DNA of 64,000 bases from the human T2T-CHM13v2.0 reference genome, Homo sapiens. The DNA is taken from the NCBI RefSeq assembly GCF_009914755.1, contig NC_060931.1. One strand, 5' to 3'. The notes under the pieces are model-generated. The model was given only the letters and a program-made list of their open reading frames with translations. It was not told the DNA's origin and did no database searches. Both the position numbers and the translations under genes were made by a program. Shown piece after piece: positions 1 to 17,741 of this stretch. Within the stretch, counting starts at the first letter, position 1. Each line of letters opens with the position of its first letter.

Positions 1-2
1 AT

Positions 3-1490
<1,488 letters not shown>

Positions 1491-1569
1491 AGCTTGGTTT
1501 TATCTGTTGAGTATCTTTGAGTTGTATTTTTATCCACTAAAACATTTTCATCAGAGAAATTACTTGATC

Positions 1570-2050
1570 AGGTTTGAGCTTGAGAAAAACTACCCTTTGC
1601 TGATACAAAGGTCCCAACAACCAGAGAGGAGGCTATTGAAGTTACAGATTCTGAGACTGAAGTAGGCTATGGAGATAGGGAGAATTTATGAGCTGTGTAA
1701 ACGAGAGGTTGATAAGACTTGATGGATCACTGTGTGTGGTGTGTGAAGGCGAATGGGCCATCCAGGGAGACACCTGGGTTTTACGTTCAGCTGAATGTAT
1801 GGGCTTAGAAAGAAAGGCTACACGTTAAATTTTGGATGCATTCTTTGAAGGTTCCTGAGGGACAGCCCAGTAGAATAGCCTAGGATGCAGTAGAATGTAT
1901 AGATACAGGTTAATGACACAGATTTAGCATTCATTTGCATACAGATGATGATAAAGTCATCAGAAAGGATGACACCACCCAAGAAGAGAGTGTGGGCTAT
2001 GAAAGCCCCGAGGGATGCATTCAGAGGACATCAAGATGAACAAGTGGGTG
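1570..2050 (-). mobile_element. L2 remnant
   Basis: Degenerate antisense L2 motifs (ttttggatgcattctttgaaggttcctgagggacagccc; gatttagcattcatttgcatacagatg). Confidence 0.6.
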
Positions 2051-2089
2051 GCCCTCGTTACTGAATGCACAGAGTGTGACTTTTATCTT

Positions 2090-2455
2090 CATATTAATCC
2101 GTTTTCATATTCTTCTAATGAAGACATACCCGAGACTGGGTAATTTATGAAGAAGAAGAAGTTTAAAGGACTCACCGTTCCACATGGCTGGGGAGGGCTC
2201 ACAATCATGGTGGAAGGTGAAAGTCATGTCTTACATGGCAGCGGGCAAAAAAGAATGAGAACCAAGCAAAAGAGGGAAACCCCTTATAAAACCATTAGAT
2301 CTCATGAGACTTACTCACTACCACCAGAACGGTATGGGGGAAAACTGCCTCCAGGATTCTATTATCTCCCACTAGGTCCCTCCTACAACATGTGGGAACT
2401 ATGGGAGCCACAATTCAAGATGAGATTTGTGTGGGGACACAGCTAAACCATACCA
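2090..2455 (-). mobile_element. THE1 (MaLR) solo LTR
   Basis: Antisense THE1 from catattaatccgttttc to aaaccatacca; 5-bp TSD atctt/atcat. Confidence 0.92.
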
Positions 2456-2574
2456 ATCATTATACACGGTCTTTAAAAAATATTTCAGTGCTTTGTTAAT
2501 GTCTTTTGGAAAAAAATCTATTTTTGTATCAGTACAGCTATGCTTAATTCCTTTGGTGTGAATTCTGCTAAATG

Positions 2575-2862
2575 TTTCTTTCTTTTTTTTTTTTTTTTTG
2601 AGTCAGGGTCTCGCTGTGTCACCCACGCTGGAGTACAGTGGTGTGATCATGGCTTACTGCAGCCTTGACCTCCTGGGCTCAAGCAATTCTCCCACCTCAG
2701 CCTCCTGAGTAGCTGGGACTACGGCTAATTTTTGCATTTTTTGTAGAGATGCAGTCTGGCCATGTTGGCCCAGGCTGGTCTTGAACTCCTGAGCTCAAGT
2801 AATCTGTCCGCCTCAGCCTCCCAAAGTTCTGTGACCACAGGTGTGAGCTACCACACCTGGCC
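2575..2862 (-). mobile_element. Alu (AluJ-like)
   Basis: Antisense Alu with J-type ctcctgggctcaag and a small internal deletion. Confidence 0.93.
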
Positions 2863-3057
2863 TTTCTTTTGGTTTTTAAACTTTTTAATGTTATATTTTA
2901 GAGATATGTCTCTTACAAGGAGGCTAGAATTGGATTCTAAAGAAATCTAATTTGAGATTCTTTGCTTTCCAATGGTAGAGTCTAATTCCTTTTTTATATA
3001 TTGTTATAAACATATTTGGCTGTACTGTTGTTATTTTATTTCCTGCTTCTGGTTCTT

Positions 3058-3341
<284 letters not shown>

Positions 3342-4157
3342 CGCTTCTGGTTCTTATGGTTTGTTTTCTCTTTTACATAAGAAACCTGTGGACATTTTAG
3401 TTTTGGTTATGCTGCTGGATGTTTTTCCATTTGTGTAATGCATGACTTAAGCCACCATTTCTTAAATTATCAAATTCAAGAAACTAAATGGCATCCTGTC
3501 ATTTTTTCTTGTATGTAATAAGATTAATAGACCTTTTATTTTCCTACCTTTTGCCTCATGCTTTTCAGTCTTTGTAAGTTTAATTTGAGATTTATGATGA
3601 CACATTTTCTACTATTTGCATCTTTTTCTAGAATAGTATTTGGAGTCTGCATTTAATTTTGTAACAAAATTTACAACAGCTCCTGCTACTTCATTATATT
3701 TAAGTGATTCCAATGCTTACTTCCATTTTTTAATAACTGTCCCTAAACTAAGTGCCTGATTGTCATCCAAATATCTGCTAGAGAACATTTAAAACTATTT
3801 GACAATGAAACACTTGTGAATATTACATTTTCTGCATTCTTAGAATTCTGATAATACCTTTCTCCCCTTCTCTCATGACAGACAATTTATTCTGACATAA
3901 AATTCTAGAATCATACAAATCTCCCCCTCAAAGTTGTTGAAGCTTCTCCAGTTTCTTCTCTCTCTCTCCGTCTCTCTCTCTTTTTTTTTTTTAAGAGACA
4001 GGGTCTCACTCTGTGGCCCAGGCTGGAGTGCAGTAGTAAGATCAGAGCTCACTGTAGCCTTGACCTCCTGGGCTAAAGTGATCCTCCTGTGTAGCTGGGA
4101 TTACAGGTGCATGTTAACAGGCCTGGATAAATTTTTATATTTTTTGTAGAGACGGGA

Positions 4158-4879
<722 letters not shown>

Positions 4880-6002
4880 TGGGTGTCTCACTATGTTACC
4901 CAGGCTGATCTCGAACTCCTGGACTCAAGCAATCCTCCTGCCCAGGTGCCAGGCCTCTCTGTTGTTTAGTGTGGGGAAAGAGCCAAGAGGTTGGATAATG
5001 TATGCAGAATACATGTTTTCTGAATGACTAAACCTGAATCTTCTATTTGCTCCACAGCCCAGTCTTTCCTGCCTGTTTCCCCTTCCTCAATCATTGTCCC
5101 CCCAAAATCCAGGAGAAGGCCAGGAGGAGCACTCTCTACAGGTGGACTTCCCATGTTCAGCTTCTCTACCGTGTTGCATGGAAAAAGCAGACTAACTGAA
5201 CTTGTTTTCCTGCTGTGAAAGGAACCTCAGGGGTGCCTGAGTCCCCAGTGAAGTCTGAATTCCCGATAAGATGAAATGCCAGGCTGCCAAAAGCCCAGAG
5301 CTCGCTGCTGGCTGCCGGCTGCCTTGTGAGGCCTTTGCTCCATTTTTCGTCCCTGACTCATACTGGGACCTGCACAGCTGGGGGCCAACATCTTTCCTGC
5401 CCAGATTTGTGAGCGAGTCCAATCTCATGTCAACTTTCACTGAATGTCTGGAATGAATTTGATGACACAGTTCTTTCTCCTCTGGAGAAAAAGACAGGCG
5501 GAATAAACTCCAAAATATTTCACACCTCTATTCCTTTCTCTGCCCATCTGCAAAAGGCATTTTCCTGCCGAGAGAGAGCTGCCTGGACGATCAATGGGTC
5601 AGAACTTCTTAACCAGGGAGCAGAATTGGTTGCAGTGCACCACAATAGTAACTCCTGTTATCTGGGGTCTCCTGATGGGGTCTTGAACAGCTGGAGTCCT
5701 ACCTACACAGTTGAGTGATCTCACCCATTTATCTTGGTACACAGTATAAAAATACAGTCATGTTTTAAGTCTGCCTTGAGCGCCAGCGTGACCAGGCCAA
5801 GCGAGGTCAGTAGATCTGCATAACTTCCTTCCAGGGCCTTCTCCTTCCTCCTTGGTCCCCACAGCGCAAACAATGCAGCCTCTTCTATCAAATAAGCAGA
5901 CCCCCTTCCTAAAGGGTGGGTCCAACCATCAACCTCCCACGGGGGTCCAGATGTGAAGGGCAGGAGACACCAATGTAACCAGAGAGACGTCTAGAGTCTG
6001 AC

Positions 6003-6349
6003 TGGTATGGTTTGGCTGTGTCCCCACCCAAATCTCATCTTGAATTGTAGTTCCCATAATTCCTGTGTGTTGTAGGAGGGACCCAGTAGGAGATAACTGA
6101 ATCATGGGGGCAGTTTCCCCCATACTGTTCTCATGGTAGTGAATAAGTCTCATGAGATCTGGTAAGTTTTATAAGGGTTTCCCCCTTTTGCTTGTCTCTC
6201 ATTCTTTTTTGCCTGAATGCACAGAGTGTGGCTTTTATCATCGTATTAGTCCGTTTTCATGTTCTTCTAATGAAGACATACCTGAGACTGGGTAATTTAT
6301 AAAGAAGAGGTTTAATGGACTCACACTTCCACATGGCTGGGGAGGCCTC
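6003..6349. mobile_element. Rearranged THE1 LTR: 5' half sense (6003-6215), then ~30 bp of copied flank and an antisense 3' end (6242-6349)
   Basis: tggtatggtttggctgtgtcccc start; 6213-6349 matches 2061-2200. Confidence 0.9.
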
Positions 6350-6531
6350 TGAGATTTTTCCCTATATGAGGAATTAAACAGCGGGACCGAAATGAAAGGT
6401 ATCCTGAGACAGACTCCTCCCTGCCAAGAACAGAGAGACAGACGTACCTTGGACAAGACTGCTTGGGAAGATGAGTAGTTTGGGCAAAGAAATGGAAGAC
6501 TGGTAAAGGTATTGAGAAAATGCAACGTTCA

Positions 6532-6997
<466 letters not shown>

Positions 6998-7514
6998 TCA
7001 GCTCAAGGGAGCAAGGGGATGGGGCCAGGGCATGTGACTAAGCCTCTGCAGTCGACCCCCAGAATGCACTGGTGGCTTAGAAAAAGATGAAAATGCCCAG
7101 TAACACCCAAACGAAGATTGAGCACCTATTGACTCCCACAGTCTAGAAGAAATTTTCCACTAACAGCAAGATCTATGGAGCAGACATGTGACTCAGACAT
7201 CGTGGTTGACTTTGAAAAGCTTTGCTCTCTGAAAAAGAGCACAAGATCATTCTGAGTGAAGCCAGGAAGGTGCTTTGACCTGCCCTTGAATACCTAGGGC
7301 TAGGGTGTCCCCAGTCTCTGCTCCTGAAGCAGCTCTGACCCCAACCCTAGCCTCTTGTACCAGCATTCCTCCCTCCACTCCTCTTCAAAGGCAATCAACC
7401 ACAGACCATGTTGGAGGGGACAGGGGACCTTGACGTGGCCTTGCTGCTTGCCTGCCCGGCATCAGATGAAGTGAGGTGTGAATCTGTTGTTCCCACCTCT
7501 GATCTCATTTCCTA

Positions 7515-7694
7515 CAGGTCTCGCCCAATGTGGGGTCTCATCATTGCAACCTCTGCCTCCCAGGCTCCAGCAATCCCCAGTCTCAGCCTCCTGAGTAGCT
7601 GGGACTACAGGTGCATGCCACCATGTCCACATAATTTTTGTATTTTTTATAGAGATGGGTGGTCTTGCTATGTTGCCCAGGCTGGTCTCCAACT
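7515..7694 (-). mobile_element. Partial Alu (AluJ-like)
   Basis: Antisense internal Alu segment truncated at both ends. Confidence 0.85.
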
Positions 7695-8199
7695 AGGTTG
7701 CTATGGTGCCTGGAGATGTCTATTTCTTATAAAGCACAGCCCTGAACACATGTCAACATCAACAAGGGCTCAGATGAAGAAATTGATCTCTTGCAGCCTG
7801 GAGGAAATGCCAGCCGGATGCACGTAGGGATAGGGTGCAGCCGGAGTCCAGGTCACGTCGCAGAGCCTGGGCTTGTCACAGAGCCTGGGCTCTGTGGAAG
7901 ATGGTATTCCCCTACATCATGGGTGAGAGGAGGCTGCATTTCAACTTGGCGTGTCACTTAAATGAAGACCTGTGAATACAGACAGCTTGTCTGGGAGCTA
8001 AGCCCATTGGTGGGTCCTCCGGCGGCAAATCTGAGAAGGGATGGCCACAGGACTGGGCTGTCGGCATGCCAAGTGTCTGGTCCCCACCTAGGCTGTCTGA
8101 TGGCAGGTCAGAGAGGCTAGATGCAGGGAGAGCTTCCTCTGAGCCAGGAGCACAGCAGATGTGGCCTCATTTAAGTCTCATGGAGGAAGCAAAGGCTAC

Positions 8200-8265
8200 A
8201 TGATGCCTATTTTACAGATAAACACAGTGGAGTTCAAAGAGGTTAAATAACGTAGGCAAAGATAA
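8200..8265 (-). mobile_element. MIR fragment
   Basis: cctattttacagataaa...agaggttaaataac MIR core. Confidence 0.55.
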
Positions 8266-8280
8266 GAAACAAAAGAGTGA

Positions 8281-9007
<727 letters not shown>

Positions 9008-9448
9008 TCAGCCCTTCACACCAGCTTGATCTGACCCGCTGGAGTGCAGAATGTGTGAGAACTCCAGAGAATATAGTTCACTCTGCCCTCAAAGAAATGG
9101 GTTTTGTGATAAGCCAATTGGTGGCCCCAAAGATATCCACATCCTAATCCTGAGAACCTATAAATGGGTTACCTTACATGGTAAAAGGGCCTTTACAGGT
9201 GCAAAGATTCGCCTGGATTATGCGGATAGACCCTGTGAAAGGAAAATACCTTGGGACCCCAAAATTACTGAGCTAAAGGGAAAATTCAAGCTTGGAACTG
9301 GTCAGGGCAAATCTGCCTCCCATTGTATTTTGGAAAGACTTATCAGAAAAAAGAATGCAACCATCTGTCTCTCATCTTCCAGTGACCTAGAAGCTCCCTC
9401 CCTGTTTTGAGTTGTCCCTGCCTTTCTGAACAGAACCAATGAACTTCT

Positions 9449-9537
9449 TACATATATATATATATGTAAGATATATACATAAGATATATACATATATACA
9501 TATATATATGTATATGTGTGTGTGTGTGTGTGTGTGT
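9449..9537. repeat. (TA)n/(TG)n compound microsatellite
   Basis: Seen directly, next to the Alu tail. Confidence 0.9.
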
Positions 9538-9539
9538 AA

Positions 9540-9840
<301 letters not shown>

Positions 9841-10824
9841 ACATATATTGATTGATATCTCACCTCCCTAAAGTGTATAAAACCAAGCTGTGCCCCAACC
9901 ACCTTGTGCACATGTCAGGACTCCCTGAGGCTGTGTCACAGGTACGCGTCCTTAACCTTGGCAAAATAAACTTTCTAAATTAACTGAGACCTGTCTCAAA
10001 TTGGGGTTCACAACCCTAAATGTAATCATGTAAGACTGGGGGAGAGAGAGATTTCACTAAAGAGGAAAAGGCCCTGTGGGGAAGGAAGATGGGGCAAGCG
10101 GCCACCCACCTTGTCACCAAAAGCCACCAAAGGGCATGGAAATGGATTCTTCCCTTGGAGCCTCCAGGAAGACACCTTGGTGTCAGCCCAAGGGAATTGA
10201 TTACAGACTTCTGACCTCCAGAAATGTAGAATACATTTGTGTTGCTTTAAGCCACAAAGTGTATGATAATTTGTTATAAGAGCAACAGGGAATGAATAGA
10301 GATTTATTTTGGTTGTTGTCTGTAAAGTAAAGGGCTTTTATGCCAAGAGCTCACTCTGTCTGGAAGTAACTCATCATCAGAAATCTGGACACAGGGTAGG
10401 CTGTGGTTTGCTAGTGGCGGCCACACAGCTATTGGATTGCCTGGGTCGGGCCCTGAGGGTAAGCTGTGAATAGCCTCTAGAGTAAAGTGGGATGCAGGTG
10501 GAGTTCTCAACAGGGAGCCCACTCTATTCAATACCTGGGAGCTGTTTGCAGTCTGCACTGTCTGGGGATGATGAAATGGGAAACAAACAGGGCAAAGGAA
10601 AAACATTCATAACCTCACAGCACTCCTGAGAATAAACAACAGAGAAAATTCCCCATTGCACATCGAAGAGGATGTGCCAGTGTTCTCAAGTGGTTCATTT
10701 TATGTGAAACAGACAAGCATGTATTACAGATCTGAGTGAAGATGAGGACTTACTGAAGAAGCCATTGTCTGTCTGTCTGTCTCTCTCTCCATCTTTTTCT
10801 ATGTGTGTATGTGTGCATGAGTAA

Positions 10825-11470
<646 letters not shown>

Positions 11471-11479
11471 TGAGAAAAA

Positions 11480-11620
11480 GTCCTCGAACTTGGTTCTTAC
11501 TCAGATACCATCACATAGGGGCTGTGTGACTCATTGAAAGTTACTAAACTTCTCTGTTCCTTAGCTTCCCTGTGAAAAATAGAGATGATATTGTTTACAA
11601 CATGTGGTTGTTATGTGGAT
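11480..11620 (+). mobile_element. MIR fragment
   Basis: gctgtgtgact...aagttactaaacttctctgttccttagcttccc...ggttgttatgtggat. Confidence 0.6.
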
Positions 11621-11859
11621 AGAACTCTTTTTATTCCCAAATCACACATCTTCATTTTGCTGTGGCCCACACATAAAAAGTTAAGGAGAAACAAAGTCAT
11701 TCAGTTTGTTATCGCAGAGGTAAGAACTCATTGACACCCTGATTCCCCATCCAAAGCTCCTTTGTGTCACTTTTATTGGCAGCTGCAGCTGTTCCGGAAA
11801 ATAAAATGAATCACCTAAGTTCTCTGCCTCCTCATGCACATAAATGCAGACCCCGAGTT

Positions 11860-12395
<536 letters not shown>

Positions 12396-12398
12396 AGA

Positions 12399-12665
12399 GG
12401 CTGGGCGTTGTGGTTCGCATCTATAAGCCCAGCACTTTGGGAGGAGGAGGTGGGCGGATCACTTGAGCTCAGGAGTTCGAGACCAGTCTAGGCAACATGG
12501 CAAAACCCCATCTCTACAAAAAAATACAAAAACAAGCCGGGTGCAGTGTGGCAGCACGCACCTGTAGTCGCAGCTACTCGGGAAGCTGAGTCAGAAGAAT
12601 CGCATGAGCCCGGAAGGTGGAGCACATTGCACTCCAGTGTGGGTGAAGGGAGTGAAACCCTGCCT

Positions 12666-12698
<33 letters not shown>

Positions 12699-12700
12699 AA
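12399..12700 (+). mobile_element. Alu
   Basis: Sense Alu with a right-arm deletion and long poly-A. Confidence 0.93.
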
Positions 12701-13402
12701 AAACAAGAAAACTAAATAATAAGAAATGTTAATTTTCTTCCACAAAAATATGCAAAGTAATACAAATATAAGACATACTGTTGATAGGCCCGTTAATGAT
12801 GTGATGCCAATTTCATCTCTGTATTTAGGCTCAGAATGTCCATCTCTGCTCCAGGTGGGAGGCTGATGTTGTCCAATTCATAATTCTCCCTGAGAATGGT
12901 GAAATTTAAGTTCCTCGTGGCTAAAACACCCCTGCTTTTTTTTGTTCTCATTTAAAGAATGTCATGTAGGCTTTTAGGCTTCCCTCAACAGCTTCCATCT
13001 GGCATTCAGCAAAGCAAGAGGATGAGATGTCACTGCTATGACTTGTCTCGTTCTGGACAGTTCCTTTTACCACACCAATGACCCTAGGCAAGTAATTCTT
13101 ATTGAATATCTTCAGATAGAGAAGAAAGCCATTTCTGATGGGGTTTTGAAGGGGACGGAAAAGAGTCAAACAGCAACAAAGTGCAATCTAAATAAGGAGA
13201 TGCCTTTTTGCTTGTGCTTAGCAAATGAATGAAGTGTGGATTTACCTTGATTCTGTATGCAGGGACTGTGACTTTTGTAGATATGGGCACTTATTCAGAA
13301 ACAAGTTCCCAGATGCCAAGGTGACCGCTGAAAACCCTTCAATGACTCTTAGTTCCTTCATCATTGAGTCCAAGTTCTGAAACACAGCTCCTAAGTGTTT
13401 CC

Positions 13403-13788
<386 letters not shown>

Positions 13789-13799
13789 TAGTGGCTGCT

Positions 13800-14165
13800 C
13801 TATGCAACAGGCTTTCTTTCATCCATGGGTTTTTGCCTAGTCTTTCTGTCTGGAACACCATTCTCTGACGTGTCCTTCTCCAAAGTGATTCCTCCTTTAG
13901 GCCTCAACTTCTCTGACATTCTCTGGCAAGCCTCCTAGAGTTCTAGGGGTTGGATGTGTTTTCTCTTACATGTGATCCATGTTATTCTATACAACCTTAA
14001 TAGAGCACTTGCAACGGTGTGTGAGAATCGCCTGCTGACATTTTTGTTCTGTCCATGAGACTGTGAATTCCTACGGGATAGCAACCATGCCCTGTTGGTG
14101 GTTTTATCTCCATACTACTTAGCACACGTGAGCCCTAGATCAATATTTGTTGAATACAAGGATGA
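13800..14165 (+). mobile_element. L2 3' end remnant
   Basis: agactgtgaattcct...cttagcacacg...tcaatatttgttgaat. Confidence 0.7.
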
Positions 14166-14418
14166 GTGCACATTGTCCTAAGAAACGGGTAAAACAACCA
14201 ATGCATGGAGGAAAATCCTCACTTATGAAGAAAAATATGTGGCAAATGGAGACGTTCAACAAAATAAGCCATGATTCTATAGAAGCATTAAAGCAAGGAG
14301 AGGGGTGGAATAAAATCTAGTGACAGCCATGAGACTTAAGGAATGGAAAATACAGGATATAACATGGTAAAGAAAAAAAAAAAAAAAGACCAAATAGAGG
14401 ATGAAGAATCAGAAGACC

Positions 14419-14720
14419 AGGCGAGGCACAGTGATGAATGCCTGGAATCCCAGCACTTTGGGAAGCCAAAGCAGGACTGCTTGAGGCCAGGCATTTGGGA
14501 CCAGACTGGGTACCATAGCAAGACCCTGTTTCTACACCCCTGTGCCCCTCTAAAAAGAATTAGCTGGGTTTAGTGGTACAGGCCTGTCATAACAGCTACT
14601 TGGGAAGCTGAGGTGGGAGGATCACTTGAGCCCAGGAGTTCAAGGCTGAGCTATGATTGTGCTACTGTACCCTAGCCTGGGCAGCAAAGTGAGATCCTGT
14701 CTCTTAAAAAACAAAAAAAA
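14419..14720 (+). mobile_element. Alu (AluJ-like)
   Basis: Divergent sense Alu. Confidence 0.92.
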
Positions 14721-14737
14721 ATCTTAAAAGTTAAATT

Positions 14738-15052
<315 letters not shown>

Positions 15053-15424
15053 TTAAATTAAATTACATAAATGACACAGAGTAAAAAGGAAGTGGCCACC
15101 TGCTATCTCAGTCTCCCTTTTAAAGGTAATTACGATCCACCCTAAAAAAAAAAAAAAAAAAAAAATCAGAAGACTTAAGTCAATTGAGCCCAGGCTGAGT
15201 GAAGAGTAGAAAAGAAATACGTATATAGAAGTGGTTGAGAGGAACAGCAAGGTAAGGAATGTGTCCCTTTCATGCTGTACAAATATTAGCATCAATTGTT
15301 AAAAACATTGGGAAAACTAAGCTATTGTGTTCCGAGATGTAAAAGTGTTCTGAGATGGAAAAGTGAAACTAAGGGGGTTATTATGATTTTTTTCTTAGAA
15401 GCCCAAAATACTCAGAATATCCTT

Positions 15425-16328
15425 GCACCAGTTTTAGTTCCCAGGGGAAGCCCTATGCAATTTGGAGACCTCCTTCTTCTTCCAGGAAACAATCAGACAG
15501 GATTCCAAGGTTAGGCCCGGGGCCCTCTGTTCATTAAACAGATGACAAATGCAGACTGCGTTTAAGCCATAGTCACTGGGGCACATATATGGAGTATGGG
15601 AATGTGGTACAGGACTCTGTTTTAGCTTTTTCATTTCTTTGAGACAGCGTCTTACTCTGTCACCCAGGCTGCAGTACAGTGGCTTGTTCACAGCTCACTG
15701 TAGCCTCAAACTCCTGGGCTCAGGCAATCCTCCCACCTCAGCCTTTCGAGTAGTTGGGACTATGGGTGCACATCACCATGCCCAGGTAATTTTAAAAAAA
15801 ATTTTCATAGGGACGAGGTCTCACTATGTTGTCTAGGCTGGTCTCAAACTCCTGGCTTCAAGGAAGGGATCCTCCTGCCTTGCTCTCCCAATGTGCTGGG
15901 ATTACAGGAATGAGCCACTGTGCCCTGCCAAGACTTTTGTTTTCATAACCAGCTCACAAACACGGCACTTGCCTAAGCCCCTGGCCTTTTGTTTTGGTAA
16001 CTGATCACAAAGGTAACATGGCTGAGCTTATAATCCTCCAGTAACCAGATCACTAATATGGCACTTGGATAAGTCACACTTCCTTCTGTTTGTCTTACCA
16101 AATCATACATAAGGCATGCAGTTAGGAATTACAACCCTCTGTTTTAGTAACCACAGGGAAACATGGCGGCACGGGGTAAGTGGTAGAAATATCTATTATA
16201 TTTAGGAACCATATCACGAACTTAGCCTGTGTTTAAACCGTAGCCTCTCCCTTTTAATAAACAGATCACAAATATGGCAAGTGGCATTGCCTCTCAGATC
16301 ACAAATCGAGCACACGGCTAAGCTGTGC
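15425..16328. repeat. Degenerate ~51-bp tandem array (about 10-12 units), interrupted by an AluJ
   Basis: Recurring unit close to CCTCTGTTTTAGTAACCAGATCACAAATATGGCACTTGGCTAAGCCNTAGC; clearest at 15934-16328. Confidence 0.8.
15627..15929 (-). mobile_element. Alu (AluJ-like)
   Basis: Antisense Alu flanked by gactctgtttt/gacttttgtttt. Confidence 0.93.
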
Positions 16329-16699
16329 AATGTGACATTTGTTAGATTCAATTATACATCCTGGCCTCATCTTTTTAAATTTATTTGTTGCTTATGAAAT
16401 TTTAATTAGCTAAAGAAAAACAAACACTTTATAGAAACAAGGTAACAGAGGCCATAAAGCACATAAACCACCAGCCCCATAGAAGCACTTAAAAAGATAG
16501 GTAGAGATCACATCTAGGAAGTTACAGAGTCAAGGCAGAGAAAACTGTAGAAGAAACACACCGACCCCACTAGAGTTGGCACTGTGAGGGCATCCGAGCA
16601 GCCATGGGGTAGACCAAGGACCTTTCCTTGTGAAGCTCTTTTGTCCTCGTGAATCATTATATGTGGGGACAGCTGGGAGTTATAATTTGGAATATTGCA

Positions 16700-17072
16700 A
16701 AGCAAATATGTACTTCTCTCACTTTGGGGTATATTCCTGCCTGTTGGTGTTAGACTCGGCTAGGTGACTTGCTTTGGGCAATGAGGTGTTAGCAGCTGTG
16801 GAATGAGCAGAGGCAATCGGTCATGACCTCTTGCACCAAAGACATCTCAATGAGAAAAACTTGCCTTGAGTTTCTGCTGCCTGGACCTAGAATGAATACA
16901 TGAGACAGACCTGACCCAATTTCCTCTAGAAGCAGAGCCTCCCAGCTGAGCCCAGCCTGGATCAACCGGGTCTCCGCCTACCTGCGGATCCTGGAACATC
17001 AGGGTCAATGCTTCTTGTGATATGTCACTGAATTTGGGGGTGGCTGCAACCTCATTGTGCAACATTAACTAT
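16700..17072 (+). mobile_element. MLT1 (I/J-like) LTR
   Basis: gtgacttgctttgggcaatga...agcagagcctcccagctgagcccagcctggatca. Confidence 0.75.
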
Positions 17073-17413
17073 CACCCTTGCAATTTCCAAGGGCAAGAGT
17101 AACGACACGATGGGGGCAGGGAGCAGCTCCAGGGAAAAGGCTGCACAGGTGGACCTGGATCTGGAGTGGAGGTCAGGTCCAATGAATAAAAGGGAGGAAA
17201 AGACCTTGCATCTCTGCAGTGGTGCAATCGCATCTCTGCAGTGGTGCTGACTCCAGGTTCAGTGACTTTCACCTTCATAGAGAAACAGCGATGAACCGCC
17301 CTTAAGGGACTTATCTGTATTCCATGCTCTCTGCACATTCAGGAACTGTTTCTGGCTCACTGAGACTCATTCTATTTTATGGCAAATTCTGTCCCATTAT
17401 TTCTCTCTGTCTC

Positions 17414-17710
17414 TTTTTTTTTTTTTTTTTTCTGAGACAGAGTTCTGTCGCCCAGGCTGGAGTGCAGTGGCGGATCCTGGCTCACTGCAACCTCCGCCTT
17501 CCAGGTTCAAGCAATTCTTGTGCCTCAGCCTCCTGATTAGCTGGGCTTACAGGCACCCAACACCACGTCCAGCTAATTTTTGTATTTTTAGTAGAGATGG
17601 GGTTTCACTATGTTGGCCAGGTTGGTCTCAAACTCCCAACCTCAAGTCATCTGCCCACCTCGGCCTCCCAAAGTGCTGGGATTACAGGCGTGAGCCACCA
17701 GTGCCCAGCC
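17414..17710 (-). mobile_element. Alu (AluS-like)
   Basis: Antisense full Alu. Confidence 0.95.
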
Positions 17711-17741
17711 AGAAAATTGTTATTTCTAAACAAGAGCCACT

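Noticed and set aside
15425-16328. CRISPR-like reading of the periodic array
   Set aside because: The units are similar along their whole length and highly degenerate, with no unique spacers and no cas genes, and the DNA is primate.
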